DNA of 64,000 nt from contig NC_047023.1 of the NCBI RefSeq assembly GCF_902652985.1, positions 15,376,001 to 15,440,000 of the forward strand, written 5' to 3'. This document shows, piece by piece, positions 54,101 through 64,000 of the stretch (positions within the stretch are counted from its first letter, which is position 1; each line of letters starts with the position of its first letter). The DNA is from Pecten maximus (Eukaryota). Position numbers and translations under genes: made by a program. The notes under the pieces are model-generated. The model saw nothing but the letters and a program-made list of their open reading frames with translations. It was not told the DNA's origin and ran no database searches.

Positions 54101-54834
54101 TATAATGTAAAGGATATTTCATGTCTATATTGCATCAGGTGTGACGATAATGTTGTAATACTGAAATTTTCTGTAACATATCAGGTGTGGGACCAGAACT
54201 GACAACAGAAAACATTCTACAGAGTATATCTGCTGCCCTACACTTAGGTAACGCACCTGTGACTGGCCAGGCCAACAACAAAGCTACACTGGCCAAAAAC
54301 CCAGGTGTCAACATTGACACCAATCAACCACACATACAGGTAAGGATATTACAGAGATTTTTTTCTGCCTGGTCATAGGTAGTCACCATGTTGAATGTAT
54401 TTCAAGTCTGAACCAATTTTACTTGTCTACGATATGAAGGGAAGCCTAATTGGTTGTTGAACACTACGATGGATCATGCTGGTCGAAGGGGAGATAACTC
54501 CATGATATAAACATACAAACATTTTCAGAAATAATGTTTCATTTGCTTATGGAGTCTCCAGCATAACATCATATACAAATGTATATATATATCTTGTATC
54601 TTGTTTAAAATAGTTATTAAAAAGCATTGCATTTTGAATGTTGATCAGTAAATGTAGCAGATTTCTGTGCATTGAAGTTCTGTCCAGTTCTAACATTAAC
54701 CATGAATTACTATGATTTTTCATCATCTTTAATTTCAGCAAATGATAGTATCTGAAGACGATATAAGACGTCAAGAGACAAAAGTGATAGAAGCAAGAAG
54801 AAAACTACAGGATGTTATGAAGGGACATTTGTAA
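48152..54834 (+). CDS. MBD2: Methyl-CpG-binding domain protein 2/3 (NuRD subunit), join(48152..48267,50564..50721,52591..52733,53644..53735,54185..54339,54739..54834); 252 aa after correcting a 1-bp frameshift in exon 4
   Basis: MBD: [57 protein letters not shown]. Also [28 protein letters not shown]...SISAALH and the coiled coil [24 protein letters not shown]. All introns GT-AG. Invertebrate co-ortholog of MBD2 and MBD3. Confidence 0.95.
49465..49730. repeat. Diverged tandem duplication of about 140 bp in MBD2/3 intron 1
   Basis: ATATAGAC..TTTCAA.TGAAATCACAGG...TGTGCTGGTAT..TGCTAAACTCTAT...CCTAAAGCTG occurs twice. Confidence 0.65.
52812..53280 (+). mobile_element. HINE-like non-autonomous element in MBD2/3 intron 3
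   Basis: 5' hairpin TTAGCTCACCGGTTACGAGTAACCGAGAGCTAA, GTCC microsatellite remnant, 3' subterminal repeat CCGGTGAGCT, palindrome GCAATCATTCATTGC and CTTGTTT end. Confidence 0.75.
53333..53561 (+). mobile_element. Full-length tRNA-derived SINE with 12-bp target-site duplication
   Basis: A box TGGTCGAGTGG, B box GAGTTCGAAAC, core GGTGGTTTTTCTCCAGGTACTCCG and (AAATAAACC)n tail. TSD GCACATCAGCGA at 53321-53332 and 53562-53573. Confidence 0.9.
53826..54045 (+). mobile_element. Diverged SINE of the same family as 13646-13888
   Basis: Shared CCCGATCGGA.GTGAAA...GGGGTCA.CTGCCC.AC...GGTTTCCTC...TATAACTTGTTT. Confidence 0.65.
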
Positions 54835-57189
54835 TGTTTTATTGGGACTAGATATTGGACTTTTAGTATATAAAGGAGTGATGAAAACCACATCATCTCA
54901 GTCTCATAAAGCTTAGGCTGCATTTTACAAATGTACTTTACATCATTTACAAATCTTAATGGACCTAGTTGCAAATGTTTCCTTAAAGTTAAAGAGAAAC
55001 ATGTGCTGGGTTTATAGTGTATAATCAGGGCTGGTTAGGTTTAAAGTTCCGTGATATCAATTATATCCCTTATTTTATTGCTAATTATAAGCACATAATT
55101 CCTTGAACAGTTTACCCAGGTCCTGGGTATTTTATATATAACAAAATAATAGGACACTTAGCATAACTAAGTAACTTGCATCTAAAATACATTAAACTCT
55201 TTGTATGATGTATTCCCTAATTTGCTGGACATACATGTAATTAAGTTGTTAAAACACCGAACCCTGACCTATGGTGTGTACAGGTGATATATGTTACTTT
55301 ATAAACTCTGAACAGTTCCAGAGTGAGTAAAAACTGCAAAAAATTAGTCAACCAAAAATAGCAGGCTGTACAGTGAAGTTTACATGTATATGTCCATCAT
55401 TCTAAATATATATGTACACCCAAATTATCACACGACAAATAACACCTGGTGATCACATTAATATCACTTAATGTAATAATTGATTTTAAAGAGGATACTC
55501 ATTTTATACCCCAAGATACAGCAATCACCAGGTTACTATCAGTTGTAGAGATATGCAGTCTGTTTGGTAAAATATATTGAATTTTACAGGTTACACCTCT
55601 TGAAAAAAATATCCCCTCTCCCCAATAAATAAAATGCATCTGTTCACAATGAACCCTCATTAACAAATCCATGTCAACTGAACGGTTGTTTTTCACATTA
55701 AAATCATTATATGCCATGAATATTTATGTAATGTTAAACAAGTAAAATATATTTGTTTTCACTACTTTACAGTGTATTTATTTGTGAAAAGAAAGTTATT
55801 TGCAAGTCAGTTTGTGCATAATAACGTTTCATCATGATTTCACAGTTCATCATGACCATAGCTAGGTCATTAGAGCCATAATGATAAATTTTGATGTTAT
55901 GCATTGCCAAGAAATTTGTATTTAGAATTTAGATGATTTCTCAAATAAATAAATGGTGCAATATTTCTTTTTCTTCCTAATGAATGCTTTTAGCACTTTC
56001 AAACCAACCCATTTCTTACATCTCTACACAAAACTTTGACATGGCATTCAGCAAGCAGGACAGTCTTCACCAGTATAGACAAATTGATCCCCCCAATGAA
56101 ACGTATGCCGACATAGTGAACTCTTTAACAATATAATATTATTATGATACAATATATGTATTGTTCAAATTATTCAGACTAATGGTCTGTTGTGCCATTT
56201 CATTTCATTGAATATTTTTTCATTTTCTTAAGATTTAATTCTTATAATATACTGTTTCCCTCAATTTATGATTTGAGAGTTTGGAGATTCATTATCGTGT
56301 ACCCTGCAATGTAAGGGGAGATAACTCTATATCATGGTTAAATCCATATTTATCAGTTTTACAGTTAGTATATAAATAGCATTTAATGTAGTATACATTT
56401 GTACATCAGGGTCATTTTTCGACAATAATATTTTGCACATGAAATGATAGTCATTCTTTCCAAAGGTAGTTTTTAGGTTTTGAAATAAATACTGTATTTG
56501 TGTATTGGTTTTGGTTCAGTTTTATTTGTTGAAGTGTTCAAGATTTCTTATTACATGTGTTACTGTTTGGTGTTCTCATATTTTAAGGTAGTATAAAATT
56601 GAACTGATTAGTGCATTGATGTATCTTGCACACTCAAAACAAATACAAGTGTAGATATGATTACAAAAAAAATAATTAATTGTAACTGTAATCATAATTT
56701 GTCTGTGTCCTTAGAACCAGTGCTAACTTATGTGCTCCTAACATTGTAATTACCACTAGTTATGACCTTGTGAATGTAGCAGGATTGTATATATTTAGCT
56801 CACCTAGTACAATTATGTGTTTAATATGCAAGCAAATCTTCAACAAAACTCTTTAACATCATGCTTCTGCAGGAAGGAAGGATTTGTCCCATATTTGGTC
56901 TGAGGTGAAGGGGACCAATTTTGTGTAAAAGTTCAGTCTGGCTTCCAGTAATCCAAAGGTTTCTGATGTTTTATCAGCCTTTTAAAAATATTATATGGGC
57001 CAACAAACCAAATACAATTTTTAAAAGGCCAATAAATAAAACATCAGAAACCTTCAGATTGAACCCGCTTCCTCAATTTAGGGGAAATATAGTAAATTCT
57101 TTAAACCCTTTCGCAAGAATGAAAGGATTTAGTCTTTAATTGGTCAAAATACAGTCTCCATCATTCAGCTATCTGAATATTATGCTTCT

Positions 57190-57265
57190 TTGACTCAGCT
57201 GGTAGAGCTCAGTAGATTGTCGCACCCGAGACGTAGGTTCAATTCCTGGCACTCGACAGGGGAGG
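57190..57265 (+). mobile_element. tRNA-derived SINE head fragment
   Basis: A-box-like CTCAGCTGGTAGAG and B box GGTTCAATTCC, with no complete cloverleaf. Confidence 0.45.
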
Positions 57266-58120
57266 TTCCCCATGTTTGGCATATCTAACAGTATAATGCC
57301 TTTATCCAGCAATAAGCCCATGGGACCAGTGTATCCTCTTTACACCGTGTGCAGTTTTGATATAAAAGATAAAGAAATTGCATTTGTTGGTGATTCTACT
57401 GAACAGGCAACATATCATTACTAGCATTAGGCTTATTACTGCATAAATATGGTACATAATGAATACTGATCCATTTCTACATTGTCTTAAATGTAGTCTT
57501 TCCCAGTTTCTTTGATCCATTATATTTCAAATCTTTGTTTATTGTTCTGTGAACAGCCGACCGTTTTGTGCCTCCTTGTAGTAGCTGGTGACTACCTTGC
57601 TAATAATATGCCAATTGGGGTAAAGTGTTTTGTCCAAGGGCACGGTCACAACACAGGATTCTACTTATCCATTGTGCAAAAAGCATGAACTGTCCATAAT
57701 AGGGATAACACTGGACACCATGCAATTCTGTGTTCATCAAGAATTTCTGTTTTGAAATTTGGTATCAAGATGGATATTGGGACAAACCTTGAATGTAAAA
57801 TGACAACCATTTTCAAATGATCGGTAATTAGGTGTTGGGGAATCAATATCTGTAGCCAAACTTGAGTAATGAAAAATATACTGTCAAATAGGACTTGAAA
57901 AATTGGACCACAATAGCAACATTGTTGTATCTATCAAGCGTCTCAATTTGTAGTCTGGGAAGGTCTTCAAATTGCTTGCGGTGCAATGAAGTTGGATGCT
58001 AGACACTTCTTAATTATGTTGCAATTGTGTATCAGAATAGGAATGTCATTTGAACAATTCACTTTAAATTTTAGCTTCACATATCGCTACCTTGATGCAA
58101 TTTAAAGTATGCTTTTATAG

Positions 58121-58462
58121 CAGACCTGAGCCCAACACAATTTGCACTCTTCTCCTTCTAGAATATAACTTCAGTTCACTCGATTTGTAGCTCTTCTGCT
58201 TCTGGAAGATCTTCTACCTTTTTCGTCTCGAAGCTGGAAGATTTATCTTCCAAGATGGCGGTAACCATGTTTAAGTGTGCGAGTGATGAGTTTCACTAGA
58301 GAAGGATTTATGACACATACATGCAAATGTTTGTGTCGGAACTTAAAAACTTGTTTGTTTTGGGTTATGTTCTTCCGGTTTACTCGATTTACATATAACG
58401 GAATGCGATCTGAGAAGGCTTCTCTTTCGAGAAGAGTGCAAATCGAGTTAGGCTCTGGACTG
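58121..58462. mobile_element. MITE with about 34-bp imperfect TIRs
   Basis: CAGACCTGAGCCCAACACAATTTGCACTCTTCTC versus GAGAAGAGTGCAAATCGAGTTAGGCTCTGGACTG. Superfamily not determined. Confidence 0.6.
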
Positions 58463-58513
58463 GGCTGAATGCTGGTGGTCAGGAGGCTCAAATGGTTAGA
58501 TTGTCTGTCCCGG

Positions 58514-59055
58514 TGTAGGAGTCAATTCTTTCCCCCATAAAACTTTCCCCGGGGAAATAAATGGCTAGCCAAAAGTTTCCCCGGGGAAAGAATTGGCTAG
58601 CCAATTTCTTCCCCGGGGGAAACAATCAGCTAGCCCATTCTTTCCCCCCTATCAGCGATGTTAGCAGGGAAATTTTTGGCTAGCCCTTTCGTTCCCCCTA
58701 TCAGCTTTGGAGATGGGGAAACTTTGGCTAGCCCATTAGGGGGGAAAGAATGGGCTAGCCAAAAGTTTCCCCATCTCCAAAGCTGATAGGAGGGAAAGAA
58801 TGGGCTAGGCAAAAGTTTCCCTGCTAACATAGCTGATAAGGGGGAAAGAATAGGCTAGCCAAAAGTTTCCCCATCTACAAAGCTGATAGGAGGGAAAGAA
58901 TGGGCTAGCTGATTCTTTCCCCGGGGGGGGGGGGGGGACTTCCAACTAGGGGGGGAAAGAATTGGCTAGCTGATTCTTTCCCCGGGGAAAGAATCAGCTA
59001 GTCAATTGTTTCCCCGGGGAAACTTTTAGCAGGGGGGAAAGAATAGGCTGCTACA
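58514..59055. mobile_element. Palindromic non-autonomous Ginger1-like DNA transposon
   Basis: TGTAG...CTACA termini flanked by a CCGG duplication (58510-58513, 59056-59059). Internal inverted GGGGAAAGAAT.GGCTAGCC modules. TGT termini with a CCGG TSD are characteristic of Ginger1. Confidence 0.7.
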
Positions 59056-60859
59056 CCGGGTTCAAGTCGGTCTCCTATTATATTGACAGAGATTATTCCA
59101 AAGTTATGGACACCATACAACCTTTTGATCCAATAGATGGAAAATCATTAAGCCACCTGAATATGTCAAAGAGGGCCAGTTCTGGATCAAGGTAAAGAGA
59201 CGCATAGATTCTGGCATTAAGTATAGCAGAATTGATGTTTCATATTAATTTTTTATTTCTAATATTAGATGTTAACGTGTAAATTAGCTTTTGTAGCTGC
59301 ATAGAATATCAGTTCTATTGTCATCACATATTTTCATAACTTAGTGTAAAAATGTTGGCAATATGAATTCAAGGCTTTTCTGCATAATTCCTATGGAGAA
59401 TGTTCTTGGCACTAGGGGTTCAAGGGCAGAGATAAAAAAAAAAAACAGCTGTTGATCAACTGTCAAAGAGGGCAGAGAAATTGTCAAGCTGGCTAAGGTG
59501 GAGAAGGATAAAGAGGTTGTAAGCCATCTATGGACAGCAGACATGGCCAATCGCTAACTCACCATCTTTAGGACATTCCAGAATAGGAGTTGAATCGCCT
59601 GCGAGAGGTAGATGTCGCTGACAAACAGCCCAACAATTGTATTTAAAAAAAATTGAGATCCATTTTTAAAAAAATAATTGTCTGATGTACTGATTTTTTT
59701 ACCCTCCTCGAAAACGTCTCTGGCGTCCTGGACATCAGATTTTTAAAAAAAAATTGGGTGCGCAAAATTTTTAACCCCTAAAAGTACCTGCGCAAATTAC
59801 ATGAGTTTTTACGGTAAGTAATGTATACAAGCTTTATTTGATAGCCATAAACTTACCTGACATTTACTGCCAAGAGAAAGAGTTATCTCGGTGTTTCCAG
59901 GACATTTAAATGTCACACCAGATAAAAACAACAGATAAACAAGATCAGTTTAAATTAATTTAATGTATCGGTTAATGAAGGCTTTCTCTCTCATTTTGAA
60001 TACATGTAGTTTTTATTATTCAAAACTTGTGCTTCTTTCTTCCACTGTATGTATTATTGTAGGGACAGGATACAGACATACCAACATTAAACCCAACATA
60101 TAACATTTAAAGGTACTTAGCAAATTAAAGGTTTCGTCATTGGTTGAATAGGAAGAACCAGTGGAAAGGAAAACGACTTTTGATTTCAGTAGCACTACTA
60201 AACTGTAGATATGTTTTTAATATGTACATGTAAAACATGACTAAACAGTAAAGCATATAACATTGAAACTTTTAAGGAAATTGGTAACTTCATTATCAGT
60301 AAAGCTTAGAATTCTCCCATTAAAAATATAAATACTCTACCCCAGACATAAACGAAAGACTCATTCTCACACTTCATGAAGAATCCTCATTTTTCACATT
60401 CATACGAAAAATTCCCGTTAGGGGACATTCATTTGCACCAACTACAAATCAACAAGTATGTATAACTGCACCCAAATGAACACTGTTGTCAGAATTTTAT
60501 AAAAGTTTATATACAGTGTATAATTATCCTTCAAGTCGCACAAAGTGAAGGTCTGAATTGTAAATTTTTACCTTAGTTTATCATTGTAAGAACTTAATCA
60601 TTTTAAAACTGGAATTCGAAATGTGCCTCAACTGCATGGAATGAAGTCCTTATGATATGGCCCACTAAAATGAATGATGTTCTTGGATGGTATGTTTCCA
60701 GAAGTGATACAATTAATGGTGATGAAAGTAGATATTAACCATTCACACATTTAAAAATAACAGGAAGGGAATATAATATTTTCGATAATCATGTACCTCT
60801 TTCTCTTCATCTGCACATTTTCACATCTTTATCTACTTTCATGCTCATTAAGTGTTCAT

Positions 60860-63701
60860 TTATAACTCGATCTTCTTCTTCTTCTTTTTCTTCTCTCCGC
60901 CCATGGCTGCTTTAACCTCATCCTTGCTCTCAGCATTGCTTTCCAAATATTTTAGGAAATCATTTACCTCTCTGCCACCCTGTGGGTCGAAGAAGTGTAA
61001 AGTGTTAATCAATAATTCTTTTGCAATAAAATCACTACCGTATTTACCAGCCAATAAACCCATGCCACTAATAAGCTCACCCTCGTCTATGCTGTTTTGT
61101 AACCATTATCCTGTCACCCCTGGACCTAAGCCAGAGATTATGTGTTATCACTCTGGGCTTAGTGCGGGATAAATATGGTAAATAGTATTCAAATTTAGGT
61201 CTGATGGTTCAGAGTTTAATCAAAACTACAGTAAAGTCTTAAATTAATCCCACAGACTTGTAGTTGAAGATCAATTTCTGCCATACAAATGGTTTCTTTG
61301 AACAAAGATGTGTACAGTTAAAATATAAACATAAACATTAATTTAACTTCATAAATATCTACCGATTCAGTAACATTCATGAAGCAATGGTAATATACAA
61401 AATGTAAACAAATATTTCATGTTATACAATAGGTAGCATATTGCTTGAGGACACCTACCTCATACTTCCTTGGTGCAGATCCTTTTGGCTTAAAGTAGAT
61501 GGTAGGGAAACTGAAAGTAGAAATTCAAGTCTTAATTGTCTGTAGCGACATAAAAATCATCCTGATATAACAGTATCATTAAAAGAACATTCAACCAGTA
61601 AGCTATTTTGATGTCATGCATTTTAATAAGTACTAAGATAAATTTGTTTTATAGCATGAGATTGGATTCAGCAGTCCAATAGCACATGGCAAAACATTTT
61701 AAAGTTTTACTACATTTCATCCGCTTTTACTTAAAATGGGTTCAAGGTCATCCATTTTAACAAATTAATACAGCCATTCACCCTTGCATATTGCAAAACA
61801 AATGATCATGAGCCTCTGCAGTCTTCCTGAAGGTACTGAAGAAAATATTTCAAGGTTTCAATCAAATAAAAATACCCTTTTATGTCATAATATATTGTGT
61901 ACAACTTAATGACTTATTGTATCAAAACTCACCCTCTAACTTCATATTGACTTGGTACATCATTTGCTGTAGCATCCATTTTTGCAATAACAATGTCCGA
62001 AATATCTTTTACCTACCAAAAACAAAATCATATTGTTTAGTTCACAAATCAAATTTTGACACACCATCCATTTACAAAATTATACTTTTCAATTCCTTGT
62101 ATTTACAAACAGAATTTTTCAGACATTTACATGAAAACTAACAATATTCAAAATCACATTTGTGTATGTCCTACCTGACCTGTATATACCCCTCAGACAT
62201 GAGCTGGAGGAAAGGGACATTACTCTTGACAACTCTTCTTATTAGATTCCCATTAAAAAGGGACCTTGATAATAATCTACCTGTTGTCTAATTCATATGG
62301 CCAAATGGTTTAATTAACTGTAAGATCTGCGATGGTTATGGTGTCAATCTTCATATGATTCGATACAAGTTATATATTTCTGTTTGTTTTCTTCATTCCT
62401 AATCATTTGTTGTACTAACAATAGTAACATTCACATCAATTAGTGATAGTGTGCTAAATACAGAAAACTTAATTAAGAGCACTTTCAGTTTCCACTATAA
62501 AACAACTATTTATTTCATTGCATACCTTTTCTCCTAATTCATTGTATTTTGGCTCCAATGATTTACAATGTCCACACCAAGGTGCATAAAACTCTAACAG
62601 CGCATCTTTGTCATCAGTTACTATCTCATCAAAATTTTTAGCAACAAGAACCTGAAACAAAAGAAATTCCTTTCTAATTAAGAAAACAAAGTCCTTACAG
62701 CAACATCCCTACACAACATTTCCTGAACTTTTTTAAAATCAATCTTAACAAATTCCATTACTGATACAGAATACTGAAGTAGCCCCTGTACTCTGCAGGA
62801 TTGATGGGAATCCCAAAACTAAAAGTAAAAGCTATAGATAGTAGGGCTGGGACAATAGAGTGATGCCCCGATCCGATACGTATCATGATGCTAGAGCTAC
62901 GATCCGATACATATCGCGATACATAGAGATACTATATTCAAACATTATACATTATTTGTTTAGTTTATTTACATATGTATACTCTATTGGCGACGTATAT
63001 TTAGTATTGTTTGATTTCAAAGATACCCAGTTGTTTGCCATGATGTTTGGTTTGTTGTCAACGAGTATTTGTCAAACGCTTTCTGATTGGCCTACTGCAG
63101 CCGGCCTCAACCAATCATTTAACTGCTTTCACTTTCAGAGCAGCACTCCGGTTTCCCAGAAATCAATAACACTTTCGTTTTCGGGTTTTCGTTTTCGACA
63201 AGTGTCATTTAATTTGAATTAAAGTCTTTCCAAAGAAAATGCATTTAAGTATTAAACAAACAACAAGAGCAAGACACAGGATCGATATAGGTATCATAAA
63301 ATTGCATTTGGATCGATATTGATATTGTAGTGAAAGTGATCACGATTCATCGGTGCACCGGTGTATCGTCCCGGCCCTAATAGATAGCACTACAACTACT
63401 GGTATCTTATAACAGTATCAAGAAGTGCAGTAACCCAAAAATAGCTACTTTAAACTCATGCTTGTGACCGAGACCCAAGATAGATAATATACCTGTTATA
63501 AACGTTCAATAGGTATTTGTTATCACACAGAAACAGTATACTCAGACTTGTTCAATACTATCTATCATTTATATATTATGTATTCCCAACTGCCTTACCT
63601 TTACTGGGCCACTGTTGTCGGCTGGGACAGCTTCAGATTTCATATAGGGTTCAAGTTTATCTTCCAAGAAATCGTTGACAAATTTTTCAAATGTATCCAT
63701 T
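60860..63701 (-). CDS. PDIA3: Protein disulfide-isomerase A3 (ERp57), 3' exons complement(join(60860..60979,61459..61510,61933..62012,62526..62651,63599..63701)); 5' part beyond the window
   Basis: Translation ...[118 protein letters not shown]...[10 protein letters not shown]. Second thioredoxin active site WCGHC, a basic C-terminal tail typical of ERp57, and a KDEL-like end. Confidence 0.92.
62842..63379. mobile_element. Non-autonomous hAT transposon in a PDIA3 intron
   Basis: TIRs TAGGGCTGGGAC / GTCCCGGCCCTA with a perfect 8-bp TSD ATAGATAG (62834-62841, 63380-63387) and subterminal CGAT repeats. Confidence 0.9.
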
Positions 63702-64000
63702 CTGTGAATAAAACATTGAGTATGATTTTGGTTTCTCTGACATACAAAAAGTGTACTTTCGATACTTCAAAAAAAAAAATCAATTTGAAACCTTATTATC
63801 TGGTGCATTTTGGAATTTCTTGTGTACATATCAACATATATCGAAATTCGAAAATAGAAAATTGTAAGACACAATTGCCCTCGCTGCCACTTGATAAAAT
63901 TTTATGGCACAAGCATAACAAGAGTGTAATGAAAAGTTGACCACATAGTGATTGAATCACTCTGCTCATATACCTTCTTATGAAGCACTCTACCCAAGTA

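Noticed and set aside
53333-57265. tRNA genes at 53337 and 57190
   Set aside because: A/B boxes are present but there is no complete cloverleaf. The first continues into a SINE body with tail and TSD.
58630-58830. 66-aa minus-strand ORF
   Set aside because: Lies within the palindromic repeat modules of the Ginger1-like element.

Overview
AT-rich eukaryotic genomic DNA with spliceosomal introns. The repeat families point to a bivalve mollusc (inference). Genes in order: (1) the last three coding exons of a + strand gene encoding a UBA-like domain and a C-terminal CaaX box (4013-5352); (2) a large + strand TPR-repeat gene with a 3.25-kb terminal coding exon (31325-34579), an upstream exon (30784-30953) and several candidate alternative first exons, including a 578-codon acidic ORF (25430-27166); (3) TERB2 on the minus strand (6 coding exons, 42082-46643), head-to-head with (4) MBD2/3 on the plus strand (6 exons, 48152-54834), whose exon 4 carries a 1-bp frameshift in this sequence; (5) the 3' part of PDIA3/ERp57 on the minus strand (60860-63701). 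The remainder is repeats: a 21-bp minisatellite interrupted by a Helentron-associated (HINE-like) element with a 145-bp tandem array, a decayed Penelope-like RT with duplicated segments, tRNA-derived SINEs, and non-autonomous mariner, hAT, Kolobok-like and Ginger1-like elements with visible TIRs/TSDs. I found no CRISPR array, rRNA or intact tRNA. No clearly novel multi-gene system is demonstrable. The best leads are the orphan TPR gene, the UBA-CaaX protein, the TERB2/MBD2/3 shared promoter and the MBD2/3 frameshift. All homology calls come from recalled family motifs, not from searches.
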